From the NCBI RefSeq assembly GCF_964204645.1, contig NC_134025.1, forward strand, positions 28,128,299 through 28,192,298: a DNA stretch of 64,000 bases, read 5' to 3'. A program made the translations under genes and the position numbers. This DNA comes from Tubulanus polymorphus (taxonomy: Eukaryota > Animalia > Nemertea). The notes under the pieces are model-generated. The model searched no databases. It was not told where the DNA came from and saw only the letters and a program-made list of their open reading frames with translations. Below are positions 15,301 through 28,600 of the stretch, piece by piece. Within the stretch, counting starts at the first letter, position 1. Every line of letters starts with the position of its first letter.

Positions 15301-18300
15301 TTCCACTGCAACTCGTCCTTCATACACTAGATTTAAAGTATAATTTTCATTTTCAAGCAGAACTGCACTTGGCAATTTTGGAAAGACGGACTTCTTTTTA
15401 AAGCAGATAAATAAGAAAAAGAATACATGGAATTTTTTCTGAAGATATTTACTTGTGCGTTTGTAAATAATGCACAGAATTCCTGCTTTAGCAAGTTCTT
15501 TGATGCTAAACAGTACACTATTGTAGTTAGTTATATGTTGATAAACAGAACGTCAGAGCTTCATTGCAATCCAACTATCTTATGAAAGTACAATACAGTA
15601 AACTGTATACCCATCACTTGCGTGCCCACGGAAAAGTGGAAAACCACCTTGAGTTTTTGTTGTCGGGAATACTGCTGCTTAGCTCTTGTTACATCTTAAG
15701 ACAATTAGCAGAAGGAAGCTAAAAGCGTTGTTGTAAAGAACTGGCTTGCACTTTAGTATACAGTAAATTTCCCTTCACATGTATGACCCAAAGTTAGTTT
15801 CTGAAAATCTGTGAATTGTGCGTATTTGCCTGTAGAAAGTTTAGAGAAATCAATAGCTGCATTGCTTCATATTGCTTTATGTAAGGTGTGCATGGCTGGT
15901 TTTTTCGACAACCTGCCTGCTTTATGTTTCCTTCAGTTGGTGTTCTATATTCTGATAGTCGACTTTATGCTTTTAACTGTAGCTACAATGCTGAGGTTTG
16001 GATCTTCTGCCACTTCTAGTTTAAACTCGCTGCCAGATAACAGTCAGTTTTTCTGTTCTGGGTATAGCGATATAGATCCTCTATATGCGTCTATACCTGA
16101 TGAACTGGCCCGTTCTAGACGTTCAGGTACTTCATTTACTAAAATCATATAAATCTATCCAATATATGAATGAATGCACATTGGCTTTGATCGCTGACGA
16201 ATCAAACTGAATGATTTCACAATTCGAGTTGGATATGATGATTCTCTTTTCTAGTATAGTAGTCTACTAACAATATACCAGTAAACGTTTTTCTTTCATA
16301 TACAGAATTATTGAAGAACTAAATAGATTGAATGTTAATCAATAAATCGCTTTGTATTGTTTTAATGCTTGGGTGCAAACTGTCTTTCATATTTCCATTT
16401 CATTAGTATCATATCTAGCAGTGCAGCCATCAATGGTACTTAGAAATCTCTAACCCGCTTTCTTATCTCAGTTTTCATACACTCACGACCACATGGGCTT
16501 ACACTTGTCTTGAAATTCGTTCGAATATCTATGATCTATTGCAGCAAATGAAATCGGTTCGCATGCTTTCAATGAAAGATATCATTTTCGCATGATAGAA
16601 AATACGCAAGAGAATTCTATTTATGGTCGAAGATATTCTCTACAAATATCGCAATCATGTAGACTTTGTTATCGATAGCTCTAATGAATCGATTTTATTA
16701 TTTTTAGTGAGTCCTTCAGTGAATAACGAGAAAGATACAGCGACCATAGTCAGAGCTACAGTTCATACGTTGGAACATCATCATCCACATGAATACCATG
16801 GACAGACGCAACCTGCTCAATATCAATCTGCAACGTTACCTGCACAGCGGTTCTATACACCTCCACCAAGTGGCGCTGTGTTCAATAAATCAGAAAATCA
16901 AAATATTCAGTATTCATCTGCAACATTACCCCCACAACGGTATCATACCCCTCCACCGGGTCAATTTCAACAAAATGAAACTCAACATTTTCAATATTCA
17001 TCGTCAACTATGCCTCCTCAACGACAGCAAAGTCTGCCACCTATGGGAGGTCAGTTCCAACAAACAGATCCGAATATTCAATATTCATCTGTGCCTCAAC
17101 AACCGCAACGATATTATACACCGCCACCTAGTGGTCAAATTCAACAAACAGAAATTCAAAACCAAAATGTGCAATATACGTCGAAAACTTTACCACATCA
17201 GCGTTTCTACACACCGCCACCTAGTGGACAAATTCAGCAAGTTCCTCAACAGCAAGTACAGAATTTCCAGTACTCGAGCGCTACTTTGCCCGCTCAGAGA
17301 ACTCAACAGCATAGAGAAGAGTATAAAACTCAATTTCAATATTCAACAACGACAAATCCCCCAGCGCGTAGTATCAGTCAAACCTTACCACAGGATGTGA
17401 TACTCGTTGAATCACACCCAAATTTAAACAGTCAACAACAACAACAGAATCAACAATTTATTCAACAACAACAGGAGCAACAAAATTTGATTCAACAACA
17501 ACAGAATCAACAACATTTAATTCAACAACAACAGAATCAACAACATTTGATTCAACAACAACAGAATCAACAACATATGATTCAACAACAAAGTCAACTC
17601 CAGCAGCAGCAGCTGCAGCAGCAGCAACAACAGCAACACCAACAACAACAAAGTCAACAACATGTTTCCGGATCATACATACAAAGTGGATCAGCTACAT
17701 TGCCACCACCAGCTCTCAGACGAGGTGAATCCATGTCATCGCAAACTCACGTTGAACAATCGAGCAGCGTGTCGCAAACTCTACCCCGAAGTCAACCAGA
17801 CATGTAAGTTCATTTAATGTATTCATTATAAGAATGGGTCCAGGTCCACTACCCTAGAAATTGCTCATTGTTTAGGTTTAATTGCCTAAATGATAAATTA
17901 CCATATTCCCATAACTCCCATAATTAGGTTATTTCTTTTCCATATCTCAGTGGTCTTGTGGATTTAATAATAACTAACTCATGTATTAACATTAGTCGAA
18001 ATGCTACAATGAAGAATTAAGGCTTTTCAACATCAGACAAAACTTTGTTGAAATTGTTTACCACTAGCAAAGCAATTAGTGGCAAAAACATTAGGCTATT
18101 AGGAAAACAATTAGTAGCAGCAAGGTGTATAAAGAGAACGTGCAGGGCACATGGGTGAATTAAGAGGTATGTTCATCCAACTATATCCACATGTCTCTAT
18201 AAATCTTCTGTGAGTCACATTGATGTGGGATTCTGACCTGGCCTTGAATATATAAAGATACAAGTCGATTATTTAATCAGTGCCAGTTTATAAGAGAACT

Positions 18301-21300
18301 CTGGATTGTGATAAGAAATGGATTTACTTCACGCTAAAGATGATATGGCTCATTTTGAGGCTATTCTATCAAGTATATTGAATTTTACGGTACCTGAGTA
18401 AGTATCAAAATAGTTTGATTATCATTATTACTTCTCAATTTCATGTGCATTTTACCAAATTTTAAGAATTTTGATAGATAAATTTTTGTTTAATGCAATG
18501 TGAGGCATTCTTTTCATGATCCTTTCATCTGAAGTTTTTCTGATATTTTTTTCCTCTAACATGAAAAGCACATGTATTATACACATACAAGTGGAATTTA
18601 TTTTTTCAACGAAACTTTTTAAAGCGAAATTGTAGTGCTAATCAAGTTTAAACCTAGTTCTTTTTTAACTGATGTTTTGAACCAGGAGATCAAAAAGGCA
18701 AACAAAGTCATACCATGAAAAAAGTTTACTTGATTTTTGTGATTGAAGTCTCCATTCAAAGTCATTCAGAAGGTTTCAATTATGTGCCTCATAGTGAGTG
18801 GAATATGTAAACTGTATTCAGTTCAGTCTGCTGTTTTGTCTGAGCTTATAAAAAATTCCACAGATTAGACCATTTTAATAAGCAAAGTATACAATGATAT
18901 TTATCAAGATTCACACTGGGCGCTGGTTGAAATTTTACCGAAAAAATTTATATGACTCCTTTGACCACTGTGGAACTGGGTCTTTAGTTGTTTGTTTTAC
19001 GGTTCTGTTTTTGTGATGATCTATTTGTTACTGTAATAAGCCCTCCAGACATAATTATCATTATGCGGCGCTATTTCTTTCCAGCAATAGATCTGTGGTG
19101 CTGACAAATAATAATAACTATTCCAGCTTATAATATGCCATTCAACATTTCACTGATAGTAGTATTAGGTTTTCAGTGAAACCAGGTCAGAATAACATTA
19201 AGCGTGGTGTACTGTGTAGGAGATGAATATACTTGTATGTAGTTTTCCTTGAGGTTTATTAGATGTTAGCCAGGAAGAACTGTATAACAGGTATATAAGC
19301 TTGCTCCTGACCTTTTAAACTGCTTTGCTTGAATGTAATTTCGAATGCTGAAACATATTCGTATCCAGTTAGTCAGATGTATTGCAGCTTATATACTAAA
19401 GAACATGTTTGTGTTATAAAGTACAACGTATAAAGTAAGACAATTTTTTGTCATGGTATAGCATATTTATTTGGCAGTTTTGTGGATTGACTATTATTGT
19501 CAATGGAATTGTTTTTGATGCTCAGAATTAGTCTATTATATTTACAGACACGTTCATGGGCCAGCCTCCCCAGCACAGATCAATCAACTAAAGCAACAAC
19601 TGTCTAGTGAGTCTCATTTACTTAGTACTCATCCAGCAGGACAAAGTTCACCAAGTGTCTATACAGGTCTGTCTAGAGGAGGCAGTATGACTTCACTTGC
19701 TGCTTCAGGTAAATATTACAATATATACAGAGACAATAAATAGTGTTATTTGCAGCATATATATGTTTTTGATACCTATGGGCATCTTCAATTACAGATA
19801 TTGGTGTGGAATTTGTACACCACACACCCAAATTTGTCAAGGACACATCGAAATACTGGTATAAACCAGCAATTAGTAGAGAAGAAGGTACTTGGCTACG
19901 TGCCTACACTATGGCTGGTTTCTAACACTTAAATATTATGACAAAAACAAATTAATACAGATTCTTCTCTCTGCTTTTTGATAATGATTATTATTTTATT
20001 TTATAGCAATAAATTTATTAAAAGATAAAGCCCCAGGAACATTTGTTGTGCGAGACAGTAACTCTTTCCCGGGTGCGTTTGGATTGGCTTTAAAAGTGGA
20101 CCAGGTACCAGCAAACATAGCTAGCAAACCAAGTAAGTTCATCTTAGCGAATCTGATTCTCTAATTGAGAAGCTGAGCAGATCATTTAATATGATGATTT
20201 TTTCTTTTTCAGATAGTGATCCATCTTCTGAACTGGTTCGGCATTTCTTGATCGAAAGTACAGCGAAAGGTGTAAGGCTCAAAGGCTGTGCGAATGAACC
20301 AGTTTTTGGTAAGAGTGCCAAATGATTGTGTAAAACTTAGAATTTCCAAAATGATGAATTGAAAGTAAATTTTGTTTTTGAAATATCTATATTTGTAGGA
20401 AGTTTAGCTGCCTTAGTATATCAACACTCTATTACACCTCTGGCATTGCCCATGAAATTAGTTCTTCCTGAAATAGGTAAAGTTAAACAAGTGTTTGAAC
20501 AGAATCATTCAGGAATATATCTGGCAGAAAATGATTTAAATAAATTTTGACAACTTTTTAGAAGTTCTTGAAGACTCAAATTTACAAATGGAGCTGCCTG
20601 GATCTGCTGAAGCATTACTGACACAAGGAGCAGGTATTTTGAAGATTCTACATACTGACCTGAATTGTGATGATCTTACTTAGTCCGAAAAAAGATAGAT
20701 ATATGAAGTATAATTGTATTTACTTTCAGCGTGTAATGTAGTGTATTTGAATAGTATTGATACAGAATTGCTGACTGGCCCACAGGCTATTGCCCGTGCA
20801 ATGGAAGAAACATTAAAGATGGATTCAACACCAAAAACTACTGAAGTACACTTCAAAGTGTCTTCTCAAGGCATAACTCTGACTGATAATCAGAGAAAGT
20901 GAGTTAGAATGATTCTCTACATGCTTCGATATTTAGACATGGAGTTAGTTAAACATCACCATTTGTTGTTTTCTTTGGCAGGTTATTTTTCCGAAGACAT
21001 TATCCTGTAAGTACAGTAACATATGCAGGCATGGATCCAGCCGATAGAAGGTAAGTACTGATACATATCTACTGAAAGATTATTCTTTATTCAACACAAT
21101 TAAGTATGATTAATAGTTATTTACTACTGGATACTTGTTTCATTATTTTAGGTGGACTGGCTCACAGATGAATGCGAAGTAAGTTTTGTAATTTTGGAAG
21201 TTAAACTTATTTCATGGAGGTCTGTCTTTCTAACATGAATCTTATTCGATTTGCAGAGTATTTGGATTTGTAGCGAGGAAACAAGGCAGTCCAACAGATA

Positions 21301-21404
21301 ATACATGTCACATATTCGCTGAATTAGATCCTGAACAACCAGCTTCAGCTATAGTTAACTTCATCACCAAAGTCATGATAGGATCTGTATCATCGAAATC
21401 ATGA
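354..21404 (+). CDS. TNS: Tensin (PTP-C2 ... SH2-PTB), multi-exon, probably 5'-partial
   Basis: GT-AG exons read by eye: 354-412, 658-809, 890-1077, 1162-1242, 1713-1886, 2602-2804, 6109-6174, 7753-7863, 8147-8377, 8888-10717, 11444-11488, 11918-12523/12766, 13110-13142, 13860-14011, 14099-14212, 14285-14426, 15092-15130, 15983-16126, 16708-17803, 19548-19708, 19798-19887, 20007-20132, 20213-20308, 20399-20476, 20562-20633, 20730-20898, 20982-21050, 21152-21178, 21257-21404 (TGA). Hallmark peptides: [65 protein letters not shown]2 ([42 protein letters not shown]) and PTB ([45 protein letters not shown]). Central linker exons are less certain. Confidence 0.96.
3265..3315. repeat. (TA)n microsatellite
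   Basis: Run of TA dinucleotides grading into TG within a tensin intron. Confidence 0.9.
16800..17370 (+). repeat. Coding repeats in tensin linker, about 6-7 copies of Q-Y-S-S-A-T-L-P-x-Q-R-x-Y-T-P-P-P-S-G-like units
   Basis: ORF 16623..17807 shows [86 protein letters not shown] and [11 protein letters not shown]. Confidence 0.85.
17432..17662 (+). repeat. 30-bp coding minisatellite ([10 protein letters not shown])n plus CAG/CAA polyQ
   Basis: Repeats of ttcaacaacaacagaatcaacaacat(t/a)t(a/g)a at a 30-bp period (17461-17590), followed by a CAG-rich tract. Confidence 0.9.
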
Positions 21405-23359
21405 CGGGATCTTAAACAATAACTTAATGTTGGATACGTTGTTAAAGCTGACTAATTTTACTTGTGATGTTAGATAAATGAAATTAAAGTGCTGGTCCTG
21501 GAGAAGAAAGATTTTCGTTTGGACTACCAGTACTTATTTTTTGAATGAAAACTGAGGAAATGTATATTGCATCAAAAAGTATTTGCTTTTTGTTTAGAAA
21601 TTCAACGGTGAAATGTCGATAAATCGCTAGCATTTATAGATGAACACCGCACGTTTATTATGTATATTTAACACTGTAGACATATTTATTTTCATTTCGC
21701 TGAATCCTGCTCTTTTTCGACTACCGGTAGATTATATTATAGAGGCCTCATATTTATCTTGTTACGGCGATACGTTGAGCTTATGAATAAAAAAAAACGA
21801 ATTATCATTATCATAACTTTGATTAATAATATCATTAAGTCATTAATATATTTAAAAAAAAGCTTCATTTGTAGCCAAATATATATATAAGGCAGATATT
21901 TTGTGGATTTAAAAAACTGTTGACTGAATTTATCTTTAGATCTTCGGCCTATTTGATAAAAGTCTTCCGTTCATAGGATCTTAATGCTAGATATAAAGCT
22001 TTTGTCAAAGATGGGACTTTTAATCTTTTACTTAAATGAAGCAAGTCAGCATTTAATATTTTGACATAAAGACAAATTGCTCACAATAAAATCTCATAGT
22101 TGACTCGCTTGATGTAAGAGTATCTAAAGGACTGAAAAATGATATACTGCTTATTGATTTATTCACAATGATAATTCAACTTAGAAATTTCCAATTAACA
22201 GTGATGTGAATATGTTGGGATTGATGATAGGCTGCTGTATATAAATATAATGTTTTAAAAGGAAGAAAGCAATTTGTCTCTGTTTGTGCCAAACATGTGT
22301 AACTAGAATGTCCTTATTGTTTATATATAATTATTATATGTGCAAAGATAATATTTAGTTGATATATCATCCTTAAATTCATATTAGTTTAGTCATGTAC
22401 TAACCTATTATTTGACTAGATAAAAAGAAATGAAGTTCAGTTTTTATGTATGATAATGATTTTTATTTCGGAGAACTGCTTGTTTTGTATGAAACTGTCA
22501 GCAGCTTAAAACGGGTCTATTGTTTTTATCATTGTAGTCATATTTTTTAGATAAGGGGTCATTGGATACCGTATGTTGTAGACTTCCCTCAAAAACTTTT
22601 GTAGTTGTTAGAGGGATGCAGTTCAGGTTAGTTCAGATACAGTGTTTAGATCTTGATAGTTACTTATGTAGTTGGTCCTTCTCTTATTTATTTCGACGTA
22701 ACTAACCTGATTGAAGGAGTTGTATTTCAATGGTCGCCTTATGTAGGTATAGCTTAAATTGGACATGTATGCTATGACAAGATCATAAAGCAAACTTCTT
22801 TTAGGCCTTATTGTTTATAAGGCCAAACCTTATACAGGGGTTTGCGTGTGTTCATATGTAAAATTTCGATATGGTGGTCAAATTTTGTGTCCACCCTCTT
22901 ATGGAATATTATCTGGTAGCAAATGAGGAATTTAATTTGCAAGATGTTCTAAGCAGAATATTTTTATTCAATCGATATACATGTTTGTTCATGTTTTACT
23001 TGACCTGTCTACACTCACATCTCTCCTGTTGTGCGACACAAAATATTTTGATTTTTGTTTATGCTTCCAACAAATGAAATATATGTATGGATTCATGTCT
23101 AGGAAAGCGTTGTCAAGTGTGATAAGTACAGATTACTGTATGTGTGTATCAAAAGCGATCAATGACTGATGATAATATAACAAATAACGAAATTCTAAAT
23201 TGAAATGAAGTAGTTTACATGAAACGTTTTTATAAATTAGTGAATGATTTTAAATATTTGTTTTAAAAAGTTATTGTTATTGCAATTTAGGAATAGATTG
23301 TTATCTGCCTGACCCAATTTAGCCACCTGCCGAATATTTTTTTCAGACTTTCTTATGTC

Positions 23360-23365
23360 AATAAA
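23360..23365 (+). promoter_or_regulatory. Candidate distal polyadenylation signal of tensin (about 2-kb 3'UTR)
   Basis: AATAAA followed by a T-rich downstream tract at the end of an AT-rich stretch. A more proximal AATAAA exists near 21786. Confidence 0.35.
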
Positions 23366-23572
23366 CTATTTCTAGACATTATGTGATTCGTGGCATTTAT
23401 TTTGTTTCATTGAAGATTTGTGGTGGTGGTCTCATCCTCATTATAGGTTCATTGGTTCAAAACATGGATATTTAAGTATTTCCTGTTGTCAACAGTCCTC
23501 TGGTCTCTCGCCATCAATGAAGAACCTTTATCCTACAGATAGCACACCTAGCAGCAGGTTGCTTGATTATAA

Positions 23573-23912
23573 CAGGGTCCGTAGAACCCCTTGATTGCTT
23601 TTAAACTCCTAAACGGCAAATGCTTTTAAAGGTGCTGGAAACTCCTTTGAGCAAAATGCCCAAAACTCCTTTATTTACAGTACTGTGCCAAATTGGTACT
23701 TTTGGGACCAGAATTCTTGTCAGCCAATTAGGTGTTTACTGAGTAAAGTCATTAATTCAGTGGTTATTAATGGTTTACCGAGCCAAGATAAACGGTACCA
23801 AGTCTATTACTATAATTGGGATATAAAAGTGATGCAGACGCTTCCTCGAAATTTGAAACTTTCTCCTTTCAAACTCCTCGTATCCAGAAATGACTGATCT
23901 GTAGGAACCCTG
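23573..23912. mobile_element. MITE with CAGGG termini and near-perfect 5-bp TSD
   Basis: Left end CAGGGTCCGTAGA; right end reverse-complement CAGGGTTCCTACA; flanks TATAA / TAAAA; internal AAACTCCT subrepeats. Confidence 0.65.
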
Positions 23913-25610
23913 TAAAAGCAATGTCGGGTCGAATGAAGAAAGAAAAACAAAATGACAAAAATGTGTTAAGCATAAGATATTTATTAATAGGCACATGAAA
24001 ATATGTATCCACCACCGAGTGCCAGGTCACACTCAGAAAATGTTATCACATAATTCATAACGATATTTTATTGTTTTGAGGGCCGTAAATGATGATCATT
24101 GCTTAAGCATAGTTAGTATTATTAGCGATACATATAAGTTGGTGATTGTACAGGACTTAGATGACTACATGACTTAGATGACTAGATTCCTAAAATTCAT
24201 TCTACATGCATTATTACCATTTGAAATTGGCTATTTTTAGATCCTATTTCCAGACCACGAACTTTGAGAACCCAATGAAACGCTTTTGAAATGAACAATA
24301 AATAAATACATCAATTTGAATGTACACTAGGGGCCTGTTAACTTCAAACCTATGATGCAAAACCACTATTGAGTGTGAAATGGATAAGATTATTGAACTG
24401 CTTGGGAGTCTCCCTATTTATGTATTACCAGATATCAGTAAATCAATGAAATGGACACCAAAATGAGGAAATGATGCTACAACCAAGGAATAGTGATACA
24501 TGCACCGGTAAGGCAAGTTATACTTTCATTTAACACCACTATCCTTATAACTAGTCTAATGACTTAATTTATTCAATGCTTTAAATTCGTACATCCTGAA
24601 CAAATGAAAACAATGATAATATACCAACAAACAAATAAAATTACTATTTCTCAGATATTTAGAAATCTTTCTGATCTGTGAATACAATAAGAAATGATAC
24701 ATTCATCTTTGAGTTAAAATATTCTCATAACCCATCAATAAATTACATATACATACAGTGATTATATCTAGATGTATCATTACATAATGAATATCTTTGC
24801 ATATTCATATTCAGGAATATGAATAATGATTTCTATATAGGCCTACTTCACTGGCCACCTCGTTAATATTCCGATGAGACTTAAACAACGCCAAAAACAA
24901 CGATTAGGTGCCAATTAATTTACAGTGGTTGTCGCATGTTTTCTTTCTGAAGTTCAAATTTTCTTTTTGCGGAGATGGCGACCTTGCACTTGAGAATCTA
25001 TTGACGTAACCGTCTAATAGCAGATCAAAAAATATTAGAAGAAAATTCGAGGTACCGGTAGATGTACATCAAATTATAACACAGATTCACATATCGAAAA
25101 TATCTTTAAAGAGAGAAAAAATATACAGATTTATCATCATTGATAGACACATTATCATCTATAACAGAAACAATAAATAATAAACTATACATTCTATAAT
25201 AAATATACATCGCTATCTATGAAAGCCCCATATCTTCTCGAGTAGTACTACTAGTAACCTGTTGTTTAGATAACGCACCATTGGCACCATATCCGTACTA
25301 CTTCAAGTGTAGTTGACCAGTTGTGTAATAACAACTTCATTATTTTGTATTTACAAACTTGAAGTGATATAATACCTCACTTGATTATTATTACGGCGAC
25401 ACAGAACCCACAAATACAATGGCTATCAACAAAATTTACAAGTGAACAAACAACTTACATCTAACAAAACTATTAAAATGACGCTTCACACCACAATAGA
25501 CTACTCATACATGAACCATTAGCCTTTCCCACAATCTACATTGGGTAACATTTTTAAGCCACGTTACGTATTTTTGGACAATTCATCGTCCCAACGAAGA
25601 GAAGTGTTTA

Positions 25611-28600
25611 TTAACCTTTTGGCACAGGATCTATGAAGTCGTATTCGATCAAGGTTTCAACGTATTCTTTCCATGATTTGCCTTTTGTATTATTCGCCGA
25701 TTGATTTTGAGATGTTACGTTCGTGACATCTGGAGCAGATTTCGATTTGACGATAGTTTTCGCACATGTTGTTTGGTTGACAGTAGTAGCAGGAATACTC
25801 GTTGAATCAGAGTGATAGGAGTGATAGAGCGTATTGAAAAATGGAAACAGTTCATCGATAGACTTGATTTCTGTCATCGTAATCATTGGATAGTTCGGAA
25901 GATGTTCCATCCTTGGGTCGATCTTCTGATTCTAAAATTGAACACACCTCAATAAATATCGAATCAGTCACCACTGCCCCCCCCCCCCCACATATATGCA
26001 ATATAGATACTCACTCTTGCTTTCATAAGCTTAGCAATTCGTATAACATGAGGAATGAAAGGTCTTTCATCTTTCTTTTTGTTTTTTACGGGATCCTCGA
26101 TCGTGGAGTCTCCCAGGAAAGCCCATCGATAACTGAAAAATAGATGAAAGATTAATATCTAGTTGTATAATGAAGACATTAATCAGATCAAGCTCTAATG
26201 AAAGTAAACTTACACTTGAAACTGCGGTAGACTATCAGCTGGCATTACTAGAGCTAAATCTAGTAGTTTACAAGCTGATAAATACAGCTGTAACCACGCT
26301 GGGTTATTGTGCGCATTAAGACCATTGCTATACGCCCAACTAGCATCTACTGCAGCTATCTTCTGCAACTGCATTCTGTTTTAATAGAAAATGCAATGAA
26401 TTCATGAACAAAATTTCAGAAATTTCTGTTTGTCTTTATTTTGTTACATGCAGAATAATCATGTATGGTAGGTATATTGTTCTAAGATTAACCATTGCCA
26501 CTACATTTATAATATACACCTACTTATACAATATATAGATAGATAGTACATATACTGGACCAAGTGTGTATGTGAATACATATCTATATGAAACAAGACT
26601 TCAGGGGGTAAGGGATTTATGATGGTTCCAAGATGCAGAGCCACATCTATTTTATGAATGAACCTACGAATCACCAGCCCTCTAACCAAACATCTATATG
26701 CTTATCGTATACCTGATGTTATCAACAATAGTTAGATCACTTAAATCACTTGAACTGTTCATGTAAATTAATGAATAAATGAAAAAAAAAATGTTTGTTT
26801 ATTCGCATGTGTGTAGCTACTGTATGTATTGAGAAATGACGTCTTTTGACTGATAGAAAACAACTTGTACTTACTTGCATTCATCTCCTTCTGGTGAAAG
26901 TTCTTGCTCAATTTGAAGGAAAACGTGAACCTAGAAAGAATTGAATGAATTATCAGCTTCAGATAAGTCAATCATTCAGCAGGCACCACAGCAGTTTAAC
27001 CGATTTTACTTACCAGTTCAGTTACAATAATCGTCCATAGATAGGTTAAATGCTGCGGTGAAATTCGTAGCATTAAAACTCGGAAACATAAAAACACCTG
27101 AGCTTGTATGATAGGAATCTGCGATAACTTTAATGCATCTGCCAAACGCTCTACAAAGATATACATTAAAGATATAAAATCTCATCAAACTTGAATCTTT
27201 ATATCTGTCATTCTGGACATAGATAATCATTACCTTGTATGTCAGGCATATGACGTTGATATTGGTCCATTTCACTACAGAATATCGTGAATGATAATTT
27301 CTTGAGTAACTGTGCTCGCTGTTCAAATTCAGCTTCACGACTACTGAACAGATGAAGTGTACCGCTTTGAGCTGTGTTCACTCGGGCTGCAAGAACATAA
27401 CATCAGTTGAACGAATGCGTTTTAAATCAAGTTTTGTGGAGCAGTGGAGCAGTGTGGCTTAGTGGTAGAGTGCTCGCCCCCCAATCGGGAGGTTGTGTGT
27501 TCGAAACCCGGCTGTGCTGTAGTGTCCTGAGGCAAGGCATTAATTCACGATTGCTACTGGCTGACGACACCTTGATCGCTCTGCAGCGTATCGGTGTTGC
27601 ATCTCCCCAGGGAGAGTAAGAATGTACTGGATTGGTAACAGAAGCTGGGTAATAATTGAGTGACAGCGCTTTGAGCATTCATTGGAAAGGCGCTATATAA
27701 GCACTAATTATTATTATTATTATTTTGAATAGTATAAATCAATGCACTTTAAACTCACTCATCAGATCTTTAAACGTCGTTTTATCGTGCGTCATTAGAT
27801 TGTCGATGATACTCCTCCAGAATCGCACGCACGCCACATCCATCTGAAAGAATCCTGTATCCATCACCAGATCAAACGCGTCTTTCTTCCACGCTTTACG
27901 AGTGTATTGATAATCGCTTAAACTCGCTAATATCTGAGACGCTGCCAGGAAACTTCTCATGTTGTTCGCGCTGAAACAGAGACAGTAAATATAGTTGATG
28001 CTGTTCAGCGTGGTCATTTTCCCCATTTGCAATTCCCTAGAGTTTATGCTTGTTACAAGATGAGTGAGAATCTGCAGGTGAATGCATAAATTTCTAGGTT
28101 CAAAATATTACGACCATTTCATTTTTCACGAGTCACGTATTGATAAAGTAACATACGCATATCCAAATTCTCTTGAGTTTTCCAAGGTTTTTTCCAAAAT
28201 TTGTCAAATTATTCCCTGATAATATTTCTAGATTTTTCTGATTCCAGTTTTCCAGGCCAGTGGCTACCTTGCTGTTTTAGAAGACAAATTGATTGAAATA
28301 CCGGTAAGACCCATTTCTCTATTTTGTACCTGTGATGTTTCAGATATGGAAACACGTTATACATGATCGACGTAGTGAGGAATGGTACAACTCGATCTTT
28401 CTCATCACTTCCGTAAACTACATCTAACAATGGCGCGATCAACTGAAATATAGAAATAATTCTTCAATATCCGGATGATAACTGTTATGCAGGGCCCAGT
28501 TCCGCAGTAATGAGTTAAGATTTGACTCTTCAGTCATTGAAAATGAACTAATTTAACGGGTATTTTACCTCGGCGAGTAAAGCTAAAGCTTGAACGCTGT

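Noticed and set aside
21402-21422. Stop-codon readthrough at tensin TGA-CGG
   Set aside because: The context is leaky-type, but it would add only about 6 residues (xRDLKQ) and no conservation evidence is available.
27446-27520. Functional tRNA gene
   Set aside because: No proper acceptor-stem pairing or T-run terminator; it continues into a CORE-like body and LINE tail, so it is a SINE head.
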